From Nemertoderma westbladi (taxonomy: Eukaryota > Animalia > Xenacoelomorpha), in contig JAUCBJ010000054.1 of assembly GCA_032718475.1 (NCBI GenBank), forward strand, positions 1-64,000: a stretch of 64,000 nucleotides of DNA, given 5' to 3'. A program made the position numbers and the translations under genes. Shown in pieces: positions 23,733 through 35,915 of this stretch. The notes under the pieces are model-generated. The model ran no database searches. It was not told the origin of the DNA and worked only from the letters and a program-made list of their open reading frames with translations. Within the stretch, counting starts at the first letter, position 1; the number at the start of each line of letters is the position of its first letter.

Positions 23733-25569
23733 TTAATCACTATTTAGGGGTTCAACTATAGACTTGACGAAGTTAACATTGGTAACTATGGCTGTGGTAG
23801 CAACAACAATACGGTAACCATGGTTTCGTGCGAGAAAACGTAACGCCGCGACTTCCGACCGAGTGCATCCTCCAAGGAAATAAACGAGCACAACTCTCGG
23901 GGTAGTGGAGAAATCGTCAGGGAGAGTTAGAGAAAGAACCAGAGAATGAACCGTGGAAGAGTTCCATTAGGGTAGGAGTGAACCCGCCCTTCAGGAGAAC
24001 CTTCTCGATGAGTTTAATACTAAGAGGGGAATAAACACCGTTGAATAAGTATGACATATGTGTGGGTTCATAGTAATCCGAAAATTTATTTACTTTTGGT
24101 TTTTCTCCCACTTCTTTGTAACACTTACGAAAGTTGTAATGAATTGATGGCTGGTCTGCCGAGTTAACTAGGAGTCCGAGATTTCTGAGATCCCGGAATA
24201 TCGGGAGGTGCCGGTAGCCATAGCTGTGTAGGTACTGCATCACAAGGGAATTATAATCAAATGATGGAAGAGTGCCATTTGTTAACGAGGCTAAACACAG
24301 TAGTCTCAGTGCGTGGTAACATGGCAACTGTTGGTTGATATAATCTTCTATAAACTCGAGACATTTCCGGAAGTAAGAGTTCCCCAGGAACTTCTTTTCA
24401 TTTTCGACAAACAACTGGCGGAATTCCTCATCACTTTTCTCATAGATCCATTCGATCATATTGAGATGACATTCGTATGACGTTCGGGGTTTTGTAGCAA
24501 TAGCTGCTGCTAATTTGCTCATCATGAATTTCAGCCAATCTCCACTCTCCTCGATATTTTTATTATTTTCTGAGAGAATCTTAGGCAAATCTTCCATTCT
24601 TTTACGTTCCTCTTTGAGAGCGCAATGGACCACAGAAAAGTGTTTGTCTCTGGAATTGTTAAACATAACATCAGATGAGTCCATGAGAAACCTATACCCG
24701 TCTAACATTACAGTCCCATCAACTCGGATGCCAAACCTCTCATCTAATATACCTTCATATATATTTTGGGAGAGAAGTGGTGTGACTAAATCTGCGTTTC
24801 GGTCTATTAGAAATAAATATCCAAAACTGGAAGTGTTGCTTTGCTCAGGTTGATTATTCATCAACTGTTCTCTAGTCATTTCGTAGACTTCCGTCGCACA
24901 GCAACCAACTCCGTAGACTTTGGGAATAATTCCGAATGCCGATTGAATTGAACACAAAGAACGAGAGATGCTTTTTAAACCGAAATTAACTTTATTTAAA
25001 AAGTATTCCGAATAAAATGATGGATTGTCAGCTGACATTAAATCGTCATCAACCACTACCAAGTCGAGTTTGAACTCATCTATAGTGACGTCATCAAATA
25101 TACCCCGATGATTATCTATTTCATTTCTACATATGTAATTAATTTCCGGCACCGCAAACAGATGGAATTTCCTCTTGGGACGGTTTGTTTTTTTCTTTTT
25201 TGTGATATTTCTCAGGATTTCTTGTTCTTGTTGTTGCATGTGTTGTATCTGTCTAGCCATAATCCGGATATTGGATAGACTTGGCCGCATTATGAAGACT
25301 ATATCTAGAGTGGACTCTGCAAGATAACTACCCTTCAAAGTCTTTGCTCCAAAGTTTTCAAAGTTTTCAAAGTTGTAGAATTTGTCAACATGATGCTTCC
25401 TAAGTTCCTTTAGAGATGATATTTTTTCGATAGCATTGATTACATCGGCCCCTATAACTAGACCATTCCTACCTGGGTAGTTGTCGAGAAGGTTAAATAA
25501 TTCATTTTCAGAGGTTTGATTGAATAGGCCAATATTTGGTAAACTTTCAGTAGTTGTTAGGGAATCCAT
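23733..25569 (-). CDS. VPS33B: VPS33B-like Sec1/Munc18 protein, copy 1; a 1-nt insertion at ~23920 truncates the C-terminus (pseudogene or assembly error)
   Basis: LFLIDRNADLVTPLLSQNIYEGILDERFGI and MSYLFNGVYSPLS. gtcagggagag here versus gtcaggagag in copy 2. The restored frame continues VVLVYFLGGCTRSEVAALRFL...VEPLNSD* (stop 23733-23735). Confidence 0.8.
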
Positions 25570-25676
25570 CACGCTTTCAGTTCTCTAATTATAATTATGA
25601 AATTCCTAGGCAATAAAAAATCATCTAGATACTCATTTCGTTTTAATATTTTAATATTTTAGTTTAGAATTAAAAT

Positions 25677-26172
25677 TATAAATAAATTACTCACTTATAA
25701 ATAAATTACTCACTTATAAATTTGTCAATAATTTATAAATAAATTACTCACTTATAAATAAATTACTCACTTATAATTAAATTACTCACTTATAAATAAA
25801 TTACTCACTTATAAATAAATTACTCACTCATAAATAAATTACTCACTTATAAATAAATTACTCACTCATAAATAAATTACTCACTTATAAATAAATTACT
25901 CACTCATAAATAAATTACTCACTTATAAATTTGTCAATAATTTATAAATAAATTACTCACTTATAAATAAATTACTCACTTATAATTAAATTACTCACTT
26001 ATAAATAAATTACTCACTTATAAATAAATTACTCACTTATAAATTTGTCAATAATTTATAAATAAATTACTCACTTATAAATAAATTACTCACTTATAAT
26101 TAAATTACTCACTTATAAATAAATTACTCACTTATAAATAAATTACTTACTTATAAATAAATTACTCACTTA
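25677..26172. repeat. 19-bp AT-rich minisatellite with a recurring spacer (higher-order structure)
   Basis: Unit ataaataaattactcactt; tttgtcaataattt interrupts it three times (~25720, ~25930, ~26043). Confidence 0.92.
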
Positions 26173-27169
26173 GAATTAAATGTTATAAGTAAATAATATA
26201 AATATATAAATAAATTTATATAAATAATAATATAAGTTAATGCACTCCTGATTGAAGCTCTGGCGTCGTATATTTTTCACATTTTTCTCAGTACCTGTCT
26301 TTTAATTGCCTTAATTTTAATTTTAATTTTGTGCATTTCGCATTTTGAATAAATTTTTTGATTACTAGCAATTGTAAACTTTAAAAATAATTATCTATAT
26401 GTTCTAGAACATATATATTTTTTATTATATTAATGTTCTAGAATAGTGCATAATATTTATATTTTGTTTTAGAGCCCTACAATGTTGCCATGGTAACAAT
26501 GATTTATGTTATAAAAATGTAGTGCTATACTGAACTGTTACCGTGAAAAATGTAATGTTGGATGAGTGTAGACTATGTTCTAGAACATAATATATACAAA
26601 TCAAGGAAATTTTAGCACGTTAAAAAAATAATGATGGGGATGTCGACATGCCGAACTAGTGCCGATTATAATAGGAAATAATCTACCATTTCAGTTAATT
26701 TTGTTTTAATTCTGTAATTTATACCTGAGAAGCAAATACAGTATTTACAGTTGAAATAGTAAATTGACGTATCTTGCAGCTCTCGCTTTCGGGCCACGCA
26801 ATGTCATGATAGAACCCGTAGCGCGTGAGCAGTTGGAGGCAGGAAACGTGGCGAGGTTGCGGTGAGCTGTCGGGATGTGGTGAGCGTTTAACAGACAGTC
26901 TCAAGCGTTGCTCGATATTCGATCAACCAATCTCGACGCCGAGTCTGTTACTCGCTCAACCATGTCGGTATTGGAGGTGGCGGAGAATGAGAAGATGAGA
27001 CTGTAGGGGCCTACTCTGCTGCAGTTACAGCACGTCGAACAGACTTCTCACCTTTCGTGGTTTCCTGCGATGGTGTTTCCCGCAGGCTAACAGACTTCTA
27101 CAACTATAACTACAACACGCCTGGGATCAACCGTAATTCACTGTTATGGGGGTGTTCGATCCAGGGTAC

Positions 27170-28740
27170 TGTTTGCAGTTGTGCGCGGGACCTCGTATTG
27201 TTTGTGTGGGTCACGCACCAAGTGGGGTAGTGGTGTGGGGTTTGTTTGAGGTTGTGTCTATAGGTATGTCAATCATTCGTTCCAATTCGCTTGAACTGAT
27301 GGCAAATAACAATAGCATACTATACTGTACATACATACAATACATACTGCGTAATATCCTTTGACAAAGCATCCCAGCCCGGAGTCTTATAGGGCAGATA
27401 GCGGGCCTTTTATATAATAGTTGAAGATTATATTATCGGAGAGATCAGCTAACCTTGTTTGAGTCCGAGGTTTGTGTTGTGATAATATGTATCCGCGAGA
27501 TTTCCGAATTTGAAAAATACGTTGGTTGCCTTGTAGTAGTCTACTAAGAGAATGCATAAATGCAGGTTGATGACTTCTGATAATTTGCGGAACAGTGTTC
27601 TGTAGTCAACATTGACAAAAGCAGAGGCAATGTCTACCTGTGCTATGTATAAGGGAGAGCCTCTGGAGTTGAAGAATTTTATGATTTCGTGCGCTAGGGT
27701 CGCTGCTATGTCTCATCCTACTTTCTTCTGATAAGCTATCGATAGATGGCTAGCTACTATTGTATCCTGCAGGTACTTCTTGAGTATAAGGTATTCCCAT
27801 ACCTTCGCAAAACGCTGATATTAGAGATGGGTCTGTAAGATTTTACATCCTCCGTATTTTTTCCATGACTCTTATGTACCGGTGTTACAATGGATTAATT
27901 AAATAGAGTCGGCTCCTTGCCTAGTCTGAACGAAACGTTGAACCCTAAATTTAAGTGCTTGCAAATTATTTCTGGTGATAGGTAGGTGAGATTCTCAATA
28001 GTTAATGAGCTGTTTGTTATCAGGTGCTTTTCCTTTCGCGAGTGCCATAATAGCTATCCCGACCTCCACATCGCTAAGTTCTGGAACCTCAAAAGTAGAT
28101 CTCTTATCTTGTATCCCTTCGACAATGTCAAAAAGTCATCAGGGGTTCGTAATTTCGATGACAAATGTGTACGCAGCACGTCCTTCATTCCCTCTGCCAT
28201 ATGTTCTCTACCTTTGATTTAGTTTTTAGGTTAAAGTGACTCCAAAAGGCACTGGATGAGCCATTGTTTGATGTGATTTTTGATAGCGCCTTATCAACGT
28301 GGGCCTTGCTCAGTTTCAATTGTAGCTTTCGAACAGTGGACCTGCCATTGTTTGCGTGGGTCATGCACGAAGTGGCGTAGTGGTGTGGGGTTGAGGTTGT
28401 GCGCGGGACCTGCTATTGTTTGGGTGGGTCATGCACCAAGTGGCGTAGTGGTGTGGTGTGGGGTTGAGGTTGGGCGCGGGACGTGCCATTGTTTGCGTGG
28501 GTCATGCACCAAGTGGCGTAGTGGTGGGAATTTGTTTGAGGTTGTGCGCGGGACCTGCCATTGTTTGCGTGGGTCATGCACCAAGTGGCGTAGTGGTGTG
28601 GAGTTTGTTTGAGGTTGTGCGCGGGTCACGCACCAAGTGGCGTAGTGATGTGGGGTTGAGGTTGTGTGCGGGACCTGCCATTGGTTGCGTGGGTCATGCA
28701 CCAAGTGGCGTAGTGGTGTGGGGTTTGGAAAACCCCACAC
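27170..28740. repeat. ~70-bp GC-rich tandem repeat (27170-27258 and 28338-28740) split by a LINE remnant
   Basis: Unit gaggttgtgcgcgggacctgccattgtttgcgtgggtcatgcaccaagtggcgtagtggtgtgggg; ends in the hairpin gtggggtttggaaaaccccac. Confidence 0.8.
27260..28335 (-). mobile_element. Degraded CR1/L2-group LINE RT fragment
   Basis: Minus-strand broken frames read VTPVHKSHGKNTEDVKSYRPISNISVL and VDIASAFVNVDYRTLFRKL. Confidence 0.7.
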
Positions 28741-28930
28741 CCACCGATCTGCCTTTACACTAAAGTATCAACTTATTTTAAATTTCCCGCCATTTTTCTT
28801 ATAGTTAATGATAAATATTCTGCTGGTGGTGGCTGGTTGCGATTTATGTATGTTTTATGTATTTTTTATTGTTTAAAATAAATAATATGTCGTGCAAATT
28901 GACGTGTCTTACCAAGCATGAAAGATTTGG

Positions 28931-29613
28931 GGTGCTACTTCGTCATGTCGACACCCCCCTGCTATTTTTTTACCTGTCACTTTTTGTGTGTTTTTGGTGT
29001 TTTTTTTATATGGATGAATGTTCTAGAACATTAGTAGATTTTTTTTAAGGTAGCTAGTGTTTTATTAAATTGTAAAATTACGTTATTTTTTTTATTTTTG
29101 TTATTGCTTTTTATTAACCAATTTTATTTATCACTTTTTTACGAATTTTAATGGTATTTTATTATGGTAGCTAGTATTATTATTATGTTTTTGTTATGTT
29201 TTAGTTATTATGTTTAATCCATTATTAATGAAATATATTTAGTTACGGAATATATGTAATAAAATGATTTGCATTTAAACTCATTGTTACCATGATTTTT
29301 TTACATTTGTTTTCTAGAATTGTTGTTTACGTTTACGAAGAGAAAGCATTGATAGATGTATTTTATTAAAAGGACTAAGAGTATTATTACACCAGAACAT
29401 TACAAGACAAGGTCTTTATAATCCCAACGTGTTTGAGATTGTCAATTTGAGGCATAAAAGTAAAATTTTTTATATTAAAAAAACACTAGCTACCATAAAA
29501 ACATTTTACTAATGTTCTAGAACATTCACCAATATCAAAAAATCAGTTTAATACAAAAAAAAGTGACAGGTAAAAAAAATTGGTCAAGGGTGTCGTCATG
29601 ACGAAGTAGTACC
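28931..29613. mobile_element. Merlin-like MITE with 8-bp TSD
   Basis: TIRs ggtgctacttcgtcatg / catgacgaagtagtacc; flanking AGATTTGG at 28923-28930 and 29614-29621; internal gttctagaac motifs. Confidence 0.8.
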
Positions 29614-29909
29614 AGATTTGGAGTGTTGTTTTATAAAACGTTTCTGTCAGAATATTTTCGAATAGTTCATTGAACCAGTTGATAGCTTGGATCATTCGGA
29701 TTAAAGTACTGAAGTAAAAAAATCATCAAAATTTTTTTTTGTTCCAAATTTTGGCTAAAACAGAAATCAAAGTTTAGTAATATATTAAGAAACAATGACA
29801 AATATTGCTAGCTAATTAGTAGAATACAACTATGCGTGACCATAGTAACAAAATTCAGTATTGCAAAAACCATTTGCTATAGAAAACGCATAGAATAGGT
29901 ATCATCAAG

Positions 29910-31212
29910 GCCGCTTCACCCCCTCGCACACAGAAACTTGTTGCTGGACCCCCTCACACACAGAAACTTGTTGCTGGACCCCCTCACACACAGAACTGTG
30001 TAAGGGGGTCCTGCAACAAGTTTCTGTGTGAAAGGGGGTCCAGCAACAAGTTTCTGTGTGTAAGGGGGTCAAGCAACAAGTTTCAGTGTGTGAGGGGGTC
30101 CAGCAACAAGTTTCTGTGTGTGAGGGGGTCCAGCAACAAGTTTCTGTGTGCGAAGGGGATCCAGCAACAAGTTTCTGTGTGTGAGGGGGTCCAACAACAA
30201 GTTTCTGTGTGCGAGGGGGTCCAGCAACAAGTTTCTGTGTGCGAGGGGGTCCAGCAACAAGTTTCTGTGTGTGAGGGGGTCCAGCAACAAGTTTCTGTGT
30301 GTGAGGGGGTCCAGCAACAAGTTTATGTGTGTGAGGGGGTCCAACAACAAGTTTCTGTATGTGAGGGGGTCCAGCAACAAGTTTCTGTGTGTGAGGGGGT
30401 CCAGCAACAAGTTTATGTGTGTGAGGGGGTCCAGCAACAAGTTTCTGTGTGTGAGGGGGTCCAGCAACAAGTTTCTGTGTGTGAGGGGGTCCAACAACAA
30501 GTTTCTGTATGTGAGGGGGTCCAGCAACAAGTTTATGTGTGTGAGGGGGTCCAACAACAAGTTTCTGTATGTGAGGGGGTCCAGCAACAAGTTTATGTGT
30601 GTGAGGGGGTCCAACAACAAGTTTCTGTATGTGAGGGGGTCCAACAACAAGTTTCTGTATGTGAGGGGGTCCAGCAACAAGTTTATGTGTGTGAGGGGGT
30701 CCAACAACAAGTTTCTGTATGTGAGGGGGTCCAGCAACAAGTTTCTGTGTGTGAGGGGGTCCAACAACAAGTTTCTGCATGTGAGGGGGTCCAACAACAA
30801 GTTTCTGTGTGCGAGGGGGTCCAGGAACAAGTTTCTGTGTGTGAGGGGGTCCAGCAACAAGTTTCTGTGTGTGAGGGGGTCCAGCAACAAGTTTATGTGT
30901 GTGAGGGGGTCCAACAACAAGTTTCTGTATGTGAGGGGGTCCAGCAACAAGTTTCTGTGTGTGAGGGGGTCCAGCAACAAGTTTATGTGTGTGAGGGGGT
31001 CCAACAACAAGTTTCTGTATGTGAGGGGGTCCAGCAACAAGTTTATGTGTGTGAGGGGGTCCAACAACAAGTTTCTGTATGTGAGGGGGTCCAACAACAA
31101 GTTTCTGTATGTGAGGGGGTCCAGCAACAAGTTTCTGTGTGTGAGGGAGTCCAGCAACAAGTTTCTGCATGTGAGGGGGTCCAACAACAAGTTTCTATGT
31201 GCGAGGGTGCGG
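29910..31212. repeat. 30-bp minisatellite (~40 copies) preceded by ~2.5 inverted copies (foldback-like)
   Basis: Unit gtgagggggtccagcaacaagtttctgtgt; its reverse complement occupies 29918-29995. Confidence 0.95.
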
Positions 31213-31303
31213 AATACGATGGGGGGTGTCTAGAGAAAAACTAAATGAAAAGTAGCTTACTTTGTCATTTAGTTTTTCTCTAGACACCCCTCATCGTATT
31301 CCG
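31210..31303. repeat. Near-perfect 94-bp palindrome (minimal MITE-like hairpin)
   Basis: cggaatacgatggggggtgtctagagaaaaactaaatga...tcatttagtttttctctagacacccctcatcgtattccg. Confidence 0.85.
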
Positions 31304-32964
31304 TTGGTTTATCAAAATATACTGTATTAACGGGGAGCGTGCCTGATTAATGCTTATTTATTTTGGTGCATAAATTCCCACTTAAAGAATATATTTTTTA
31401 CATCTACTTTTGTTATACAGTCCCTAGTCAGCCCTCGTTACGGTTTGACTTCTCCAGCGTCTGGCGGCAACCTAAGTAAGTACGTAACGCTAGTTTTGGT
31501 CTGAATCAACACATCTACTATCTTCAAATCTACTGTATATTAAATTCACTACTTATATTACCCTTATAGGCCTAGGCCTTCTGCAGTTTCCATACCTTAC
31601 TGAAGTACCGGTCACATAAGTACATAACAGTACATACAGTACATAAGTACCGTAGGTTTTAACTATATTTTACTGCTCTTATGTAGTTGAATTCAATTTT
31701 GGTCCTGACGATACCCCAACGGGGAGAAATAAATTGACCGTTAATTTACAACAACATTTTAAACTTGGCGATAAACCTCCTGCACCACCACCCCAACACT
31801 TTGGTGTGCTGACATTCGCAATAATTTCTGCCCAAACTGATGAAAGTAACGGTAGGTGCAGAGGCCTACGGCTGTAGGTACCGGTTTATATAATATATAA
31901 TTTTGTTGCGAGCGACAAAATAGTTGAGCCGTAGCATACTGTATAGTGGTATCATTCGTGGGGTCGGTCTGTGCCATTTTTAAATGCCCATTCCGCTGCT
32001 ATTATTAAACCAATTTTCAACGACATTTAATAAAATAACGAAGTTCAACACCCACAGTCATAGTCTAATGAAGATAAGTTAAAACGTTGCAAGCATTCAG
32101 GTTCTGTTGGAACCGTTCATCAGGTGTACAGTATATCGTTATTTTTTTTTAACAATATATCCCTGGTGAAGTGTTCCAACTGAACCTGATAGCTTTGCAA
32201 CTTATCTTCATTAGACTAAAAAAATTAAAAAAAATAATGTGTTCAGATAGGGGGGGAAACTGGACGCAATAAAAATTCGTTCCTCTCCAGAGGAAATTCG
32301 ACGCAAATAACAGCTGCTTACTCTCAAAAATAGAAGAGTAACCCTGTTCTATTGTATTTAATTTATTGTTTTGTTTAAAATAACGCACCACTGTAACCTG
32401 CTCTTTTCCCTAAATTGAGAAATTAACATGGAGTTGGATATGAATTCTCCAAGATGGGATTGCCCCCCCCCCCCCCCACTGTCTCATTGTCAACCCAAAT
32501 CAACCATCCATAAGTTATCACCATCCACGGCCCACTGCTCGTCGAGGACACCCCCCACCCCCCCCCCCCCCCCCCCCCCCCCCATCAATTACATTTCATG
32601 ATATTGCATTATAATTATATCACTTGCCCTTTAAGTAGTAGTTGTAGTATTTCGGGCACGGACAACCCCCTCCGAGGCGCTCTTAGTAGGAGATATTAAA
32701 CACAAGAGTTTTATTATTAGATCGTAATTCAAGCAGCTATTGGCGATTGAAATTCTAGAAACGCTTGTTTTGATAATCAGTATATTATTGTATACTACAG
32801 ACATACGGCATAGTGGTGTAGGTATAATGTCCTGGATCCCAGATACGTTTATTGGCTACAAAATATTACTGTCTTAGATGTGAGAGCTAAGGTGTTTTTG
32901 AGATTGACTAGTTAATGAAAATAGTAAATATTTTGTACTGAATATTTTATCTTTGTTGGCCTAT

Positions 32965-34848
32965 TTAACTATTTCGGGGTTCAACTATAGACTTGACGAA
33001 GTTAACATTGGTAACTATGGCTGTGGTAGCAACAACAATACGGTAACCATGGTTTCGTGCGAGAAAACGTAACGCCGCGACTTCCGACCGAGTGCATCCT
33101 CCAAGGAAATAAACGAGCACAACTCTCGGGGTAGTGGAGAAATCGTCAGGAGAGTTAGAGAAAGAACCAGAGAATGAACCGTGGAAGAGTTCCATTAGGG
33201 TAGGAGTGAACCCGCCCTTCAGGAGAACCTTCTCGATGAGTTTAATACTAAGAGGGGAATAAACACCGTTGAATAAGTATGACATATGTGTGGGTTCATA
33301 GTAATCCGAATACTTATTTACTTTTGGTTTTTCTCCCACTTCTTTGTAACACTTACGAAAGTTGTAAAGAATTGATGGCTGGTCTGCCGAGTTAACTAGG
33401 AGTCCGAGATTTCTGAGATCCCGGAATATCGGGAGGTGCCGGTAGCCATAGCTGTGTAGGTACTGCATCACAAGGGAATTATAATCAAATGATTGAAGAG
33501 TGCCATTTGTTAACGAGGCTAAACACAGTAGTCTCAGTGCGTGGTAACATGGCAACTGTTGGTTGATATAATCTTCTATAAACTCGAGACATTTCCGGAA
33601 GTAACGGTTCCCCAGCAACTTGTGTTCCACACCCAGCTTCTTGTATTCCTCCTCCACCAGAAACTGATCTTCCATACCAGATCCAACGTACAAGTGCCGA
33701 AACTCCTTCACGTCGGTGTTCATTACCCACTCGCACATACTCAGATGGTTTTGAACACTAGCACGCGATTTTTTATATAATTTAACATCCTTTCGAATAA
33801 ATTCATCAGTTTCTTCACTTGTAAATGATTTTGAGTTGGTGACTTCGTGTATGTGCTTCAGTTGTTTAGCTTTCTCAGTGAGGTAGAATATCGCACCTGG
33901 TATACTTAGGTCGCGAATACCAGCAAACACAGTGTCGTTAGATGTTGCTTCAATTCTTTTATTGTCTTTTGGTTCTGGCATCTCCCAGATTAACTCGCCT
34001 TCAACTCGGATGCCAAACCTCTCATCTAATATACCTTCATAGATATTTTGGGAGAGAAGTGGTGTGACTAAATCTGCGTTTCGGTCTATTAGAAATAAAT
34101 ATCCAAAACTGGAAGTGTTGCTTTGCTCAGGTTGATTATTCATCAAATGTTCTCTAGTCATTTCGTAGACTTCCGTCGCACAGCAACCAACTCCGTAGAC
34201 TTTGGGAATAATCCCGAATGCCGATTGAATTGAACACAAAGAACGAGAGATGCTTTTTAAACCGAAATTAACTTTATTTAAAAAGTATTCCGAATAAAAT
34301 GATGGATTGTCAGCTGACATTAAATCGTCATCAACCACTACCAAGTCGAGTTTGAACTCATCTATAGTGACGTCATCAAATATACCCCGATGATTATCTA
34401 CTTCATTTCTACATATGTAATTAATTTCCGGCACCGCAAACAGATGGAATTTCCTCTTGGGACGGTTTGTTTTTTCATTGACATCGTACGGCGGTTTGTT
34501 TACTGTTGTATTGAGTCGTTTCTCGTTGTCATATTCTATGTGTTTAGCCATATCTCGTATGTTGCCTAGACTCGGACGGAATATGTAAACTCTTTGATTA
34601 GAACTGGAATCTTTGAAAAAGGTTTGAATAGAAGAAGTGGAATCCGTTATAAAAGGAAATATTCTATTTATATTTTGATTTTTCGAAATTTCATCCATAT
34701 TGTACATTATATTTTTCGTGGCCTTAATAACGCTCTGTTCAATAACTATATCCTTAATACCTGGATATTTATCGAGAAGGGTAATCAATTCCTTTCTGGA
34801 TGTTTCGGTTAACTTGAATATGTTAGGTAACATTGAAGAAGAAGCCAT
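32965..34848 (-). CDS. VPS33B: VPS33B-like Sec1/Munc18 protein, copy 2 (627 aa, intact, intronless)
   Basis: IDRNADLVTPLLSQNIYEGILDE, LRLLCLASLT, YLHSYGYRHL, YLFNGVYSPLS and VYFLGGCTRSEVAALRFL...IVVATTAI. The B-type assignment rests on the GxYxPLS and C-terminal pattern and is less certain than the family. Confidence 0.85.
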   Translation of the reverse strand: MASSSMLPNIFKLTETSRKELITLLDKYPGIKDIVIEQSVIKATKNIMYNMDEISKNQNINRIFPFITDSTSSIQTFFKDSSSNQRVYIFRPSLGNIRDMAKHIEYDNEKRLNTTVNKPPYDVNEKTNRPKRKFHLFAVPEINYICRNEVDNHRGIFDDVTIDEFKLDLVVVDDDLMSADNPSFYSEYFLNKVNFGLKSISRSLCSIQSAFGIIPKVYGVGCCATEVYEMTREHLMNNQPEQSNTSSFGYLFLIDRNADLVTPLLSQNIYEGILDERFGIRVEGELIWEMPEPKDNKRIEATSNDTVFAGIRDLSIPGAIFYLTEKAKQLKHIHEVTNSKSFTSEETDEFIRKDVKLYKKSRASVQNHLSMCEWVMNTDVKEFRHLYVGSGMEDQFLVEEEYKKLGVEHKLLGNRYFRKCLEFIEDYINQQLPCYHALRLLCLASLTNGTLQSFDYNSLVMQYLHSYGYRHLPIFRDLRNLGLLVNSADQPSILYNFRKCYKEVGEKPKVNKYSDYYEPTHMSYLFNGVYSPLSIKLIEKVLLKGGFTPTLMELFHGSFSGSFSNSPDDFSTTPRVVLVYFLGGCTRSEVAALRFLARNHGYRIVVATTAIVTNVNFVKSIVEPRNS

Positions 34849-34957
34849 CTCTCTAATTTGTGATTAATATTATTATCGCACTCTAAATTAGTTACTAAGT
34901 TATCTTTGTTTCCAGTACCGTTGCATGCGTTAATTACCTACAATCTATAATAATTGT

Positions 34958-35915
34958 ATATTACACTAACTATATTACACTAACTATATTACACTAACTA
35001 TATTACACTAACTATATTACACTAACTATATTACACTAACTATATTACACTAACTATATTACACTAACTATATTACACTAACTATATTACACTAACTATA
35101 TTACACTAACTATATTACACTAACTATATTACACTAACTATATTACACTAACTATATTACACTAACTATATTACACTAACTATATTACACTAACTATATT
35201 ACACTAGCTATATTACACTAACTGTATTACACTAACTATATTACACTAACTATATTACCCTAACTATATTACACTAACTATATTACACTAACTATATTAC
35301 ACTAACTATATTACACTAACTATATTACCCTAACTATATTACACTAACTATATTACACTAACTATATTACACTAACTATATTACACTAACTATATTACAC
35401 TAACTATATTACACTAACTATATTACACTAACTATATTACACTAACTATATTACACTAACTATATTACACTAACTATATTACCCTAACTATATTACACTA
35501 ACTATATTACACTAACTATATTACACTAACTATATTACACTAACTATATTACACTAACTATATTACACTAACTATATTACACTAACTATATTACACTAAC
35601 TATATTACCCTAACTATATTACACTAACTATATTACACTAACTATATTACACTAACTATATTACACTAACTATATTACACTAACTATATTACACTAACTA
35701 TATTACACTAACTATATTACACTAACTATATTACACTAACTATATTACACGAACTATATTACACTAACTATATTATACTGAACTATATTACACTAACTAT
35801 ATTACACTAACTATATTACACGAACTATATTACACTACTATATTACACTAACTATATTACACTAACTATATTACACTAACTATATTACACTAACTATATT
35901 ACACTAACTATATTT
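34958..35915. repeat. 14-bp minisatellite, ~68 copies
   Basis: Unit tatattacactaac, starting ~110 bp upstream of the VPS33 copy 2 start codon. Confidence 0.95.

Noticed and set aside
26770-27140. GC-richer segment with a possible degenerate gag zinc knuckle on the minus strand
   Set aside because: Cys/His spacing is not intact and the frames are broken; too weak to call.
29905-31244. Four long overlapping ORFs (361-421 aa) with decapeptide repeats
   Set aside because: They result from a stop-free 30-bp unit open in several frames on both strands; no unique domain or signal peptide.
4451-34848. Prokaryotic or giant-virus origin suggested by intronless genes
   Set aside because: The genes are animal-type, widely spaced and embedded among LINEs, MITEs and an LTR element; no operon structure or viral core genes.
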